Shown one piece after another: positions 30,909 to 39,943 of a DNA stretch of 47,403 bases (position 1 is its first letter; every line of letters starts with the position of its first letter). The notes beneath the pieces were generated by a model that was not told the DNA's origin, made no database searches, and saw nothing but the letters and a program-made list of their open reading frames with translations. The stretch lies in the IMG/VR virus record IMGVR_UViG_3300028840_003320. The stretch is one strand, 5' to 3'. The translations under genes were made by a program, and so were the position numbers. Source of the stretch: a virus.

Positions 30909-31612
30909 CAGGCCGCCACCCCTTCCGCAACCAGCGCCAGAACCTCGGCACTGTTCAGATCGAAAAAGCGGCTCGTGAGTGGGTTCCCGGCGATCAGCTG
31001 CCCGAGCTTGGTCACGTCGCCACCGGCCTGGCTCCACAGAGCGGGCAGGAACTTGGCTGCTACTTCGCGCTGCGCATCACTGCCATTGCTCTTGTCCTCT
31101 TCAGGCATCGGGTGTGAGCTGTTCAGATCGGCTTCGTCCTCGTCATCGGTAGCAGGCCCGCGCCCATAGTGCGCAGCTTCGGCGGCTCGGCAGGCTTCCT
31201 CAGAGTCAAAGAATTCGAGGAACTTGAACGTGGTCCCCTGCTTGGTCTCTCCGGTGTTGCGATCCGTCCAGGTGCGCCCGGTCTCGACCATCTCCCAAGA
31301 GGCCCACTTTTCGTTGAGATCTCGGGGATGGACACCGGCCACCTTGAGGCTAGGGAGGATGATCCCGGCCCAGTCGCGGAACTCTGCAATCACCTCGCGG
31401 CTGATCTCGTAGGTGCTGCCATTGGCCCGCGTACACTGGCCATCGATCTTGATGCAGGTCAGCTTGCGGTCTGCGTCGTGCTGGCTCTCATCAAAGACCA
31501 CCTTGCCGACGCCCTTCTCCAAGATACAGAAAAAGGCATCGGTAAACACTTGCCCAAAGTATACCTTGGGCGGTAGAGTTGCATCTGCTGCTTTATCCCA
31601 TACGTCTGTCAT
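30908..31612 (-). CDS. Hypothetical protein with an acidic linker
   Basis: The likely start MTDVWDK at 31612 overlaps the upstream TGA (ATGA). It has an acidic DDEDEADL segment. I cannot support a function; an SSB-like role is only speculation. Confidence 0.5.
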   Translation of the reverse strand: MTDVWDKAADATLPPKVYFGQVFTDAFFCILEKGVGKVVFDESQHDADRKLTCIKIDGQCTRANGSTYEISREVIAEFRDWAGIILPSLKVAGVHPRDLNEKWASWEMVETGRTWTDRNTGETKQGTTFKFLEFFDSEEACRAAEAAHYGRGPATDDEDEADLNSSHPMPEEDKSNGSDAQREVAAKFLPALWSQAGGDVTKLGQLIAGNPLTSRFFDLNSAEVLALVAEGVAA

Positions 31613-31824
31613 CTGCTTGTGCTCCTTCTTGCACTTGCTACATAGCTCTTCGCTATTGCAATCGCCACTACTAGGTCGTGATAAGCCCCCCGCAATGTCT
31701 CGATCAGTTCTTCCGTTGGCCTCCTTTCGCACAAAGTGCAAATACCTGCGTCTAGTCTTTGGAGTGCGGTTTCTGCGCGGGCGATAGCGGCTAGATCAGT
31801 TTCGATGAGCGCGATCTGCCGCAT
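31609..31824 (-). CDS. Small hypothetical protein (start uncertain)
   Basis: This is the 3' part of track ORF 31609..31947, starting at the Met at 31824 (MRQIALIETDL...). Its stop is coupled to the next gene by ATGA. Confidence 0.35.
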   Translation of the reverse strand: MRQIALIETDLAAIARAETALQRLDAGICTLCERRPTEELIETLRGAYHDLVVAIAIAKSYVASARRSTSR

Positions 31825-32134
31825 CTGCACCGTTCCCCCCAGAACGGCGGTGATCCGAAAACAGCACAGGAGCCGTTTCCTGTGGTACACTGGAGTTAAG
31901 CACGGCTGCATCCAAACGATCGAGAGCCTCAGCCTCTTCGAGCACAAAGAGCACTCGGAGCGCGCTGGCCAGGCCGATATTGCGAATGGCCATCAGCGGC
32001 TCAAGTGCGCGCTTGATGTTGGCCTGGTCCTCTTCCGGCAGGTCGTTGAATGCTTTCTGTAAGCACCGGCTCAACTCGCCTTCGGTCAACTTGGCAAAAC
32101 TTGGTCTCTGCTTGATTTCGTAGAAATATGGCAT
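31796..32134 (-). CDS. Hypothetical protein
   Basis: 112-aa ORF that starts immediately after the RHH gene stop. Confidence 0.45.
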   Translation of the reverse strand: MPYFYEIKQRPSFAKLTEGELSRCLQKAFNDLPEEDQANIKRALEPLMAIRNIGLASALRVLFVLEEAEALDRLDAAVLNSSVPQETAPVLFSDHRRSGGNGADAADRAHRN

Positions 32135-32323
32135 CTATACAGCCTCACATGTTGCGATAGGGGAGGGGGGAGTCTCTTTTTCTGCCCGATACCTGTCCCA
32201 CGCCTGATCGATCAGTAGGCGGATGAAATTGCTTGCGCTACGGCTGTCGGCTTTCGCCATCGTCCGCAAGCGCTCGTGCTGCTCGATGGACAGATACACT
32301 CCCGTGTTGACTTTTTCTCCCAA
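32135..32323 (-). CDS. Ribbon-helix-helix (Arc/CopG-like) DNA-binding protein
   Basis: VYLSIEQHERLRTMAKADSRSASNFIRLLIDQAW fits a beta-strand/helix/helix RHH layout. It is the second gene of the leftward early operon. Confidence 0.65.
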   Translation of the reverse strand: MGEKVNTGVYLSIEQHERLRTMAKADSRSASNFIRLLIDQAWDRYRAEKETPPSPIATCEAV

Positions 32324-32333
32324 AGGTTCCTCC

Positions 32334-32606
32334 CTACGCGGCGATTCGATCCACGATCTGATAATTGCCTATCTTGAACGCCCTCAGATCGTCCATATAG
32401 TGACTGTCGCACTCATTGATGTCCATATCGTCAGCACCCAACTTGTAGAGAAGAGTACTGTGTGGCGTGCGCTCGAAGATGCCAAAATGAGCAAAGATGC
32501 TCTGAGCAATAGAAGGCATCAAGTGCAGCTCGCCCCAGGTCTCAACCTGGAACTCTTCTTGGTCGTCTACTATAATGATCTCTTCTCGATAGATTTTTAC
32601 GCTCAC
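32334..32606 (-). CDS. Hypothetical protein, first gene of the leftward early operon (Cro position)
   Basis: The start is GTG at 32606 with SD AGGAGA, downstream of a consensus-like promoter. The protein is acidic, 90 aa, with no HTH that I can see. Confidence 0.5.
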   Translation of the reverse strand: MSVKIYREEIIIVDDQEEFQVETWGELHLMPSIAQSIFAHFGIFERTPHSTLLYKLGADDMDINECDSHYMDDLRAFKIGNYQIVDRIAA

Positions 32607-32643
32607 TGTTCAGTCTCCTTCTCAAGTGCTAAGTTCGCTTATC

Positions 32644-32672
32644 ATTCTACCAGATTCCACCAGAGTTGTCAA
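32644..32672 (-). promoter_or_regulatory. Early leftward promoter (sigma70 consensus-like)
   Basis: Minus strand reads TTGACA (32672-32667), a 17-nt spacer, then TAGAAT (32649-32644), followed by AGGAGA and the GTG start at 32606. Confidence 0.65.
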
Positions 32673-32828
32673 CCAAGTCATCGAAAAGACATAGCAGGAG
32701 AATACAGGACATTATGCAGTGTGTACAAGTCATCTGCTTCGTGTAGAAGTTGACTTTTCAAAATGAGAATGGGGCTTACTGCTAAGTGTACTATACTGCT
32801 ACTTAGACAAGAGGGGAGGGGTGGCATC

Positions 32829-33329
32829 TTGGAGACTTTTCAAGATTGGTTGAGAACAGAGCTACAAAGAAGCGGCATGAGTTATAGAGAGGTAGCCCGA
32901 AAAGGAGGCATTTCAGGACCACGGATTAGTCAGGTTCTGAACGGGGAAAATCCAGGTACAGACTTTTGCGTCGGGATTGCTCGTGGGCTTGGTTTACCTC
33001 CTGACGTAGTGCTCCAAAGAGCAGGTATCTTGCCGCTTCAACCTGAGCAGGTGCCTGAAGAGCAGCAAGCGCTCTCCCTCTTTCGCCGCCTGGAGGTCGA
33101 ATTTCGCCAGTCGATGATTGCGACGATGCAGAATTTGCTTGGCATTCGCACGCGGTCTGGATCAAACATCGCAGTCGATCCACAGCCACCAGAAAGGAAT
33201 CGACTTTCTCAGCGCCTGGCTGAAGAACTATCCACGATGCCACCAGAGGATCAGCAGCTTGTCTTTGATCTTATGCGCCGCCTGCGGGGAGGAGGGGGAG
33301 ATAGCGCGCCCGATGTGGCGACAGATTGA
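32829..33329 (+). CDS. XRE-family HTH repressor (CI-like)
   Basis: MSYREVARKGGISGPRISQVLNGENPGTDFCVGIARGLGLPPDVVL is an HTH_XRE domain. The likely start is TTG at 32829, after GGGGAGGGG; the track ORF starts at 32763. It is divergent from the early operon. Confidence 0.75.
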   Translation: METFQDWLRTELQRSGMSYREVARKGGISGPRISQVLNGENPGTDFCVGIARGLGLPPDVVLQRAGILPLQPEQVPEEQQALSLFRRLEVEFRQSMIATMQNLLGIRTRSGSNIAVDPQPPERNRLSQRLAEELSTMPPEDQQLVFDLMRRLRGGGGDSAPDVATD

Positions 33330-33462
33330 ACACTATCCAAAGCACTGCATCTGGATCGGGCTTTTATTCTGTAAGTTGCTCAAAGCGCGCCGCTGGCTAG
33401 TCCGAGCGTTCGGCAAAGTAGTAGATACTTGGGGGATATTGGGGCGGGAGAAAGTGCCAAAG

Positions 33463-33900
33463 ATGGCATCGAAAATGAGCACAGAGCGCCGCAAACGAAG
33501 GCCCTGGGAGCGGATTGTGATTTACGTAGGGATAGCTATGCTTGTTCTAATCGTGGCAACAGGCATTGGCTTGCTCATTGATCCCAATTCAACACACGGC
33601 CCCGGTGAGACTGTGATGTACGTTTGTGGCTATTCTCGTTGTCTGAACTCGGATGCATATGGGAAGATGATTCAACCTGTGATCATCGTATGGAATGCGC
33701 CCGACCCTGATCGAGGTGGCATACATCACAGAGCATCTCATGGTGAAATGGTAGTAATCATGGAAGAAAGACAAGTCAATCCCGATCCAAGTGGATTGTG
33801 GTATCATTTGCGTAGCGGTGGCTGGGCGAATGACATGGTACTCACGGAGGAACGGTGTACCCCACAGAATCTACACAAGTTTGCGATCTCTAAGTGTTGA
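33463..33900 (+). CDS. Membrane-anchored SH3-like domain protein (lysogeny-module moron)
   Basis: Start MASKMSTERRK follows GGGAGAAAG. It has one TM helix (IVIYVGIAMLVLIVATGIGLLI) and a C-terminal GEMVVIMEE...GLWYHLRSGGWANDMVL that resembles bacterial SH3. An alternative ATG lies at 33313. Confidence 0.5.
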   Translation: MASKMSTERRKRRPWERIVIYVGIAMLVLIVATGIGLLIDPNSTHGPGETVMYVCGYSRCLNSDAYGKMIQPVIIVWNAPDPDRGGIHHRASHGEMVVIMEERQVNPDPSGLWYHLRSGGWANDMVLTEERCTPQNLHKFAISKC

Positions 33901-33979
33901 ACATCCGGGTCCGAAACTGTATACCTCACAGTCACGCCCTACAGCAAACCGTGCGTGCAACAGAGCGCCGATCACTCTA

Positions 33980-34026
33980 TACGGTTCACATCCGTGAGGT
34001 CGTGGGTTCGAGTCCCTCCTCGCCCA
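33980..34026 (+). other. 3' portion of a tRNA gene (anticodon arm to discriminator; Val-CAC-like): probable attP core
   Basis: TACGG-TTCACAT-CCGTG (anticodon arm), AGGTC, GTGGG-TTCGAGT-CCCTC (T arm with one mismatch), then CTCGCCC-A. There is no complementary 5' acceptor strand upstream, so it is a fragment. It lies 108 nt upstream of the integrase gene. Confidence 0.65.
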
Positions 34027-34031
34027 TAGAA

Positions 34032-34090
34032 GCGCGCACGGTCTGTAGACTAGACCATCCGTGAGGGCTACAAACTGTGCGCGGTTTTTC
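34032..34090 (+). terminator. Putative rho-independent terminator downstream of the tRNA fragment
   Basis: GCGCGCACGGTCTGTAG, a 19-nt loop, then CTACAAACTGTGCGCGG, followed by TTTTT. Confidence 0.5.
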
Positions 34091-34134
34091 TGCCTGAACT
34101 GCTGCGCGCACGGCTCAGAAATTGGAGGTCAACG

Positions 34135-35118
34135 GTGCGCCTGTCAGCAGCCATCGACGGTTTCTTGCTCACCAAGCAAGTTGCAGGGCTCTCACCTAAC
34201 ACCTTGCGCAACTACACCCATAGTTTAGATCGCTTTGCCGGTTTCCTCGACGACGATCTCCAACTCGCAGAGATCACCAAAGCCGACCTGCAGCGGTTCA
34301 TGGTCTGGCTGATGACCGCTCAATTTCCCTCCCAAAAGTTCGGCACACGAGGGCCACAAACGCTCTCAGCCAAGACAGTGCGCAACGTCCACACTTGCTT
34401 GTGCTCTCTCTGGACCTGGGCGATCAAGGAAGGCTACACAACAGAGCACATCCCCAAACAGGTAGAAGCCCCACGACCAGAGCCGCCCGAGATCGTACCA
34501 TTCACCAAGGAACAGATCAGAGACCTTCTGGAAGCCGCACGCTTTAGCCGCCCCTGGGCAGGCCGCCGCTTCACACAAACAGAGCTGCCCAAAGAGCAGT
34601 ACTTGAGAGATAAGGCGATCATTCTCTTCCTGCTAGACACTGGCGTGCGTGCAAGCGAACTGTGCCAACTCGTGGTCGGCGATCTCGACCTACAAACAGG
34701 TACAGCGACAGTCCAGAGCAAAGGCCGCCGAAACGCCGGCCAGGGGAAACGGCGAACCGTTCACTTTGAGACACGCACCAAGAAAGCGCTCTGGCAGTAT
34801 TTAGCGCATCGGGCAGTCTTGGGCCAGGATATAGAGCCGCTCTTTTGCACGCGCGCTGGTGATCCGATGACCCGTGAGAACCTGCGCGGGCACCTGCACA
34901 AAATCGGCAAGCGGGCCAATGTTAATGGCGTCTATCCACATAGATTCCGCCATACCTTTGCCATCCAGTACTTGAGGAATGGGGGGGATCTGTTCACACT
35001 TCAAAGGCTCTTGGGACACTCGGCTATAGAATCGACCCGCCGCTATCTGCACATCGCACAAGCAGATCTCGAGATCGCACATCAGCGAGCCAGCCCGGTA
35101 GACAATTGGCGGCTGTGA
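34135..35118 (+). CDS. int: Tyrosine recombinase / phage integrase (XerC/D-like)
   Basis: It has an N-terminal SAM-like core-binding domain. The catalytic residues fit R...HxxR...Y (TGVRASEL; HRFRHTFAIQYL; LLGHSAIESTRRYLH). The start is GTG after GGAGG. Confidence 0.93.
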   Translation: MRLSAAIDGFLLTKQVAGLSPNTLRNYTHSLDRFAGFLDDDLQLAEITKADLQRFMVWLMTAQFPSQKFGTRGPQTLSAKTVRNVHTCLCSLWTWAIKEGYTTEHIPKQVEAPRPEPPEIVPFTKEQIRDLLEAARFSRPWAGRRFTQTELPKEQYLRDKAIILFLLDTGVRASELCQLVVGDLDLQTGTATVQSKGRRNAGQGKRRTVHFETRTKKALWQYLAHRAVLGQDIEPLFCTRAGDPMTRENLRGHLHKIGKRANVNGVYPHRFRHTFAIQYLRNGGDLFTLQRLLGHSAIESTRRYLHIAQADLEIAHQRASPVDNWRL

Positions 35119-35119
35119 T

Positions 35120-36361
35120 TCAGCCCATATCCAACCCAGCTTCAAAGCCGAGTACAGTCATTCCATCGTTGCGGCAGATCATCGTAACAACGTCCACATC
35201 GCCTGCACCCGATGACAATGTAGGAGCCGTCGCGCTGGGCCAATCCACAGCAGCGGGCCAGGTCACTGTGCGGCTTCCGGTGCCATCCTGAATCAGAACC
35301 AATGTAACCGCCCGACCTGCGCTCTCGTTGGCAAAGGTAAAGGTTGGGCTATCGGTCAGCGTCAACTCAAATACCGTGCCCGCCGACCAGTCGATTTCGT
35401 AGGCCGCGCCGGTGTTGGCCACAACCATCTGGTGGCTGTAATCACGCAGCTCGTGCCCGGCCAGGTCCATGTTGCCCGAGTCGTCGATCGTCGGATAGCT
35501 GTCTTGGAGGAGGACGCCGGTCGTGCCGTCCCAGCGCGCAATGGCATTGTCTGTGCTCGATGCTGGCCCGGCCACATCTGCGCCGCTGCCCGAGGCGCTC
35601 GATTCGCCCGCCCACAGGCGAAGGTCCATAACGATGTCACGCGGGAAAATCTGCGTCTGCCCATTGTAGAGCCGGATCGCACAGATCGGGAAATGTTCAG
35701 AGCGAATGCCCGACGTTGCCAGAACCGTGCTCGCGCTGGGGATAGCCCGGCTGCCGCCCGAAACATCAGCACCGTCGATCACATCAAGAGAGTTGTCGGA
35801 ACGATCCAGGGCCAGAATGACATAGTGCGTTATATTCGTGCCGGAAGGCCGGTAGGCAGATAAGCTGTCCGAGGTCGTGCGTTCAAAGACTTTGTATGTG
35901 CCCTGCCAGCGGTAAAAGCACTGCTCGACCACGACCGTTAGATCGGGGGGGCTACTTGGATAAGCTGCCAGGGGAAGAAACGCCAGGCCGGTGATGTAGA
36001 GCGGATCAGAGCCATAGCGCCCGTGCGTCCAGTTGTGCGGGGCCACGTCGATCAGCGTGCCGTCACTCCACTCCACAGCGCGGTTTGTGTCCGTGCGGAT
36101 CACAGTCAGCACGCCGTCCCGGTCGGCCACGATCACCGGCAGATTGAGCGTCTGGGGTACAGCTACACAGCGGACCACCATCTCGACAGGGGCAGTCCCC
36201 GCGCCCACGCGCGCCCAAACGCGATCTTTGTGATGCGTGCCTGCATCGTCGACGTAAAAGAGCGTACTACCATCCGCTTTGCCCAGAAGAGCGGGCACGC
36301 CTTCGTTCAGAACAGTATTGAGCACCGCGCGCCTGAACAATCGTGAGAGATCACTACTCAT
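35120..36361 (-). CDS. Tail fibre / receptor-binding protein
   Basis: 413 aa, the last gene of the tail module. The motif STDNAIARWDGTTGVLLQDS...IDDSGNMDLAG recurs in many phage tail fibre proteins. Confidence 0.6.
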   Translation of the reverse strand: MSSDLSRLFRRAVLNTVLNEGVPALLGKADGSTLFYVDDAGTHHKDRVWARVGAGTAPVEMVVRCVAVPQTLNLPVIVADRDGVLTVIRTDTNRAVEWSDGTLIDVAPHNWTHGRYGSDPLYITGLAFLPLAAYPSSPPDLTVVVEQCFYRWQGTYKVFERTTSDSLSAYRPSGTNITHYVILALDRSDNSLDVIDGADVSGGSRAIPSASTVLATSGIRSEHFPICAIRLYNGQTQIFPRDIVMDLRLWAGESSASGSGADVAGPASSTDNAIARWDGTTGVLLQDSYPTIDDSGNMDLAGHELRDYSHQMVVANTGAAYEIDWSAGTVFELTLTDSPTFTFANESAGRAVTLVLIQDGTGSRTVTWPAAVDWPSATAPTLSSGAGDVDVVTMICRNDGMTVLGFEAGLDMG

Positions 36362-36367
36362 TGAATG

Positions 36368-39346
36368 CTACTCACTGAATGCCCCGCCTTCCCAACCAAT
36401 GCACCGGCCATGTGCCGAGCCCGCAAGGACACTTTGCAAGTTCCCAGTTACAAGCGTGTTCGTTCCATCGTCGCTTGAATGGATCACGTCGGCGCCGGTT
36501 GGCCCGGTGTTTTTGCGCCCGACCGTGATAAAGTAGCCGAATTTGTTGTTAGTTGACCATCCAACACAGCGCCCATCCTGTGCCTCTGGCGATCCGATCG
36601 CAGCGTCAAACCACGTCGGCATAGGGGTAGAGTAGGTGGTATGCACCTGGATGTCACTTGAACCCTCGCGGTACTGACCAGCTGCCTTGGTACGCACGAG
36701 ATAGGGCATGGCCACACCCACACCATCACCCCGGCAGTGACCGGCACAGACGTTATTGGCCTGGTCGGAGCTGTACGCCCACGAGGTCAGGCCATCCTCT
36801 GATAGATACCAGTACCCAGTACTCGCACCGACCAGCACAATGTTCGCATCGCTGGGGGTAACTGCAATGTGCCTGAAGCTTTGGAACGATCCAATATCTG
36901 CATAGGTAGGCCAGGTCGCGCCGCCATCCGTGCTCTTGTAGAGCCTGCCGCCAAATGTGTGATAGCTGGCACCGGCATAAAGCGTCTCTTCTATATCATC
37001 GTGGACCACCTTCAGGTCCAGACCGTACACAAACGAGCTGCCCGTCCCCGAGCCGATGCGATAGAGTGTATAGGTGCTCCACGAGTTGGCCGTTTTTGCA
37101 CAGTAGGGAATCCACTTGCTCCCATTGTAAGCATGCACGAGCATCCAGAATTTATCTGGGTCAAGCCAGGACGCCTGCAGCCCGGCAAACTGGCAATCAG
37201 AGCCCCACCCAAGCGCAGAGTAGATAGAGGCAAACGTAACGACCGTAGACCAAGAGCTGCTGCCCGAGAAGGGGAGAGCCGTGCTGTAGAGCCCATCTGT
37301 AGTAATCGCATAGGCAAGATTGCTCTCCTGCTTGATCATGATTTCCTGCACGTCTTTGGAAGAGAGCCCACACGCCGTCCAGGTGGGCACGGTGCCCACG
37401 ATGATCGTATCCGTGTCACAGTAGGCCGCGCCTACATCTGTCCCTACAATGAACTGATCGTAGAGCGAGTACCCTTCCGGCTCTGGCACCGGATCGTAGC
37501 CTAAATCTGGCGGATCCCACTCAGCGCCCGGCAGACTATCCGCCGGCAGAGTCACCGTCACTGCCGACGATGTGCTGCTCGTCTCGCGCTCCCAGAGCAG
37601 CTCCACTTGCTTGACCAGCCCGGTGCGCGTGTGATCGTAGCGGATATTGATCTCACGGACCAAGCCGCGCTCGTTGGAAAGTGTGAGCCCACGCTGTGCG
37701 GCAGTGGAGGCAGAAATGTTCAGTCGTACCCACGTCATATCAGCAGGTTCGATTCCCTGATCGGCGCCCTCAGACAGCACGATAGAGAAATAGCGCTCTG
37801 GCGCATTGTAGCGCGCGTAACGGTGGCCCTCACACGTATTGAGTGTGGCTTGAGAAACAGCAAGCTGCTCGCCCTGGTTGTTTGCCGTTTCACCTTGCCC
37901 TGGCGTCTCACCGGGCACGATGCAGAAAACCGCAGAGATAGCCGAGTTGCTGGCCACGATCGCTTCGCCGCGCAGCCAATGCGCCCGAGGTGGGCGCTCG
38001 TGCGTGTAGCGAATAGAGGACCAGTCGGCCTCTTGGAGCGTAGCCTGTATGGTTGCCGTCCGTGAGCCTGTGGCCTGGAGCATCGGATCGACGATCGTTT
38101 GCAGCTGGCCCAGCGTGTTGCAGCCCAGAATGTAGTCTGGCACCAGTGCGCGCGCCCTTCGCATAGCCTGATCCCAAAGGCTTTCCGCAGCATTGCCCAG
38201 GACCACAAACGGGTATGTAGTCGTCGTCCCGGTCCAGGACCAGTCAGCAACCTCCAGAGCGGTGCTATGCCAATACAGCAAATAGTGCAGGTACTTATCC
38301 ATGTTGGGACTGGTCATCTGCGTCCAAGAAGAAGGAGAAGCGGCAACCTCAACCGAGCCAGAGAATCCAGGCAGCGTATCCAACCGCCCGGCCACGTCGA
38401 GCAGTTCCAGGATCGTATCACGCACGATCCCCGTACGCTCGGAGGCAATGGTTGTGGGATCGGATTGGTGCCAGCCGGTAAAGAGCATGTGTGATCGGTC
38501 TGCGCCGTCGCTAGGCTCATCTTCCCAGAGCATCACCAACGTACCGTCTGGGTAGGTGCTCTCTGCAATATCCTCCAGGATACGCACAGAAAGCCGCTGA
38601 CCTTCCGGTGTAATGCGGTGGCTGTCGATGGTGAACGCGCCGATGCTCGTGTCACTGGACACATCTCGAGCATAGATAGGCACCCGCGCCGTGTGTGTTT
38701 CGGCATTGGAATCTGTCACCACCAACTTGACCCAGTAGAAGCCCGGATCACAATCGACCTCGATCTGTGAATCGGTCAGGTTGTACCCTGCTACCAGCGC
38801 CACCCCGCTAGGCAATGTCCAGGCATAGGAGGAAATCGAACCTGAGACGGCAAAGGAAGTATTGGCCTCGTGGGGCAGAGTGACACGCAACAAGCTTGTG
38901 CCACTGTCCACAGTGCCCGCCATCGCCGCGCCTGCATTGGCTACAGGTGGCGGATTGGTCGTGTACGTGCCTACTGCAATGTCGTGGTCCTTGTAGATCA
39001 CGCCGCTGCTGTCGATGTAGGGAATCTTGGACCAAACGCGGTAGTCATTCAGGACTGTGATGTGCGCGTTATCTACCAAGTCTACTTCGCCGTCCCTTGT
39101 GCCCTCAGAAGAGCGGCCAAAATAGAGGATGCTGCTCGTTGCGGCTTTGCGGATCCGCTGACGTCCATAATCGTCCCCGCCGGCCGTCGAGCCAAAGAGC
39201 ACGGTCATGCCCGCTTCGATGTCTCCATAGGCCCCTGTGCCCACGGTGTCAAAGGCGACCTGGGCAATCGGGTACGTGAAGCTGGCCTGGTTGACACGGG
39301 CGGCAAAGATGGTGGTAGGTTGGGCAAGGAAGAGACGGATGGTCAT
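36368..39346 (-). CDS. Large tail tip / baseplate hub protein with a C-terminal BNR (Asp-box) beta-propeller-like domain
   Basis: 992 aa, downstream of the tape measure gene. Asp-boxes are STDGGATW (36911-36934) and SEDGLTSW (36779-36802), with degenerate SSDDGTNT. Confidence 0.7.
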   Translation of the reverse strand: MTIRLFLAQPTTIFAARVNQASFTYPIAQVAFDTVGTGAYGDIEAGMTVLFGSTAGGDDYGRQRIRKAATSSILYFGRSSEGTRDGEVDLVDNAHITVLNDYRVWSKIPYIDSSGVIYKDHDIAVGTYTTNPPPVANAGAAMAGTVDSGTSLLRVTLPHEANTSFAVSGSISSYAWTLPSGVALVAGYNLTDSQIEVDCDPGFYWVKLVVTDSNAETHTARVPIYARDVSSDTSIGAFTIDSHRITPEGQRLSVRILEDIAESTYPDGTLVMLWEDEPSDGADRSHMLFTGWHQSDPTTIASERTGIVRDTILELLDVAGRLDTLPGFSGSVEVAASPSSWTQMTSPNMDKYLHYLLYWHSTALEVADWSWTGTTTTYPFVVLGNAAESLWDQAMRRARALVPDYILGCNTLGQLQTIVDPMLQATGSRTATIQATLQEADWSSIRYTHERPPRAHWLRGEAIVASNSAISAVFCIVPGETPGQGETANNQGEQLAVSQATLNTCEGHRYARYNAPERYFSIVLSEGADQGIEPADMTWVRLNISASTAAQRGLTLSNERGLVREINIRYDHTRTGLVKQVELLWERETSSTSSAVTVTLPADSLPGAEWDPPDLGYDPVPEPEGYSLYDQFIVGTDVGAAYCDTDTIIVGTVPTWTACGLSSKDVQEIMIKQESNLAYAITTDGLYSTALPFSGSSSWSTVVTFASIYSALGWGSDCQFAGLQASWLDPDKFWMLVHAYNGSKWIPYCAKTANSWSTYTLYRIGSGTGSSFVYGLDLKVVHDDIEETLYAGASYHTFGGRLYKSTDGGATWPTYADIGSFQSFRHIAVTPSDANIVLVGASTGYWYLSEDGLTSWAYSSDQANNVCAGHCRGDGVGVAMPYLVRTKAAGQYREGSSDIQVHTTYSTPMPTWFDAAIGSPEAQDGRCVGWSTNNKFGYFITVGRKNTGPTGADVIHSSDDGTNTLVTGNLQSVLAGSAHGRCIGWEGGAFSE

Positions 39347-39544
39347 CTATTGATGGCTCTCTGCGGCTGTCGATTCGGCATCTGGTGCCCAAGTTGGATT
39401 AGGATAGTTTGGATCGGGAATAGGTTCAAGCACGGTTACAATGCGTGATGACCTATTGCTCAAAGTTTCTGGCTGCAACCTTTCCAATAACTCGATGATT
39501 TTATCCAACTTTGCGCAGATTTTATGAAACTGATATTCAGTCAT
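39347..39544 (-). CDS. Small hypothetical protein
   Basis: 65-aa ORF that abuts the next gene. Confidence 0.4.
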   Translation of the reverse strand: MTEYQFHKICAKLDKIIELLERLQPETLSNRSSRIVTVLEPIPDPNYPNPTWAPDAESTAAESHQ

Positions 39545-39559
39545 CTATATGCCTCCTAT

Positions 39560-39943
39560 TTATGATGCAGCACTCAGATCGCGCACCAAGATCACTACAT
39601 TACGGGGAAAAAAGTTGTTCCAACGCACGTCCGCGCCCGGCTCTGGACGGATGGCAAGCCCGTTCTTGCGCACCCAGGCAAAGGTTTCATCTCGCACATA
39701 GACTGTCACTTCATTGGAGAGCGCACTTTGCACCCCAAAGTCACTCAAGATACTCTGATACTCAGTGGCCGTGCTGACCATCGAATAGAGCAGCTCCACA
39801 TACGTGCCTTCGTCGTAGGGCGTGCCGTCGCCGCCGAACGTGCGCCGGGTTGGTTTGATGCCCTCAGAACGTGGTTGTGGGTCCAACACGTTGAGCGAAT
39901 CCAGGGCAATGTCGTGCCCATCGGCTACGCGGTAGGTGGTCAC
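39560..39943 (-). CDS. Hypothetical tail protein (distal-tail position)
   Basis: 127 aa, overlapping the tape measure stop. The assignment rests on position only. Confidence 0.35.
   Translation of the reverse strand: MTTYRVADGHDIALDSLNVLDPQPRSEGIKPTRRTFGGDGTPYDEGTYVELLYSMVSTATEYQSILSDFGVQSALSNEVTVYVRDETFAWVRKNGLAIRPEPGADVRWNNFFPRNVVILVRDLSAAS

Noticed and set aside
30908-31612. Annotating the acidic 234-aa early protein as an SSB
   Set aside because: The only evidence is an internal acidic stretch (DDEDEADL) and its position near the recombination genes. I could recognise no OB-fold motif.
33961-34026. A complete tRNA gene at the attP region
   Set aside because: The 3' acceptor strand CTCGCCC has no GGGCGAG partner upstream. 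The putative D-arm lacks the conserved GG. It is interpreted as a 3' fragment only. The Val(CAC) identity is tentative, and the T stem has a T-T mismatch.
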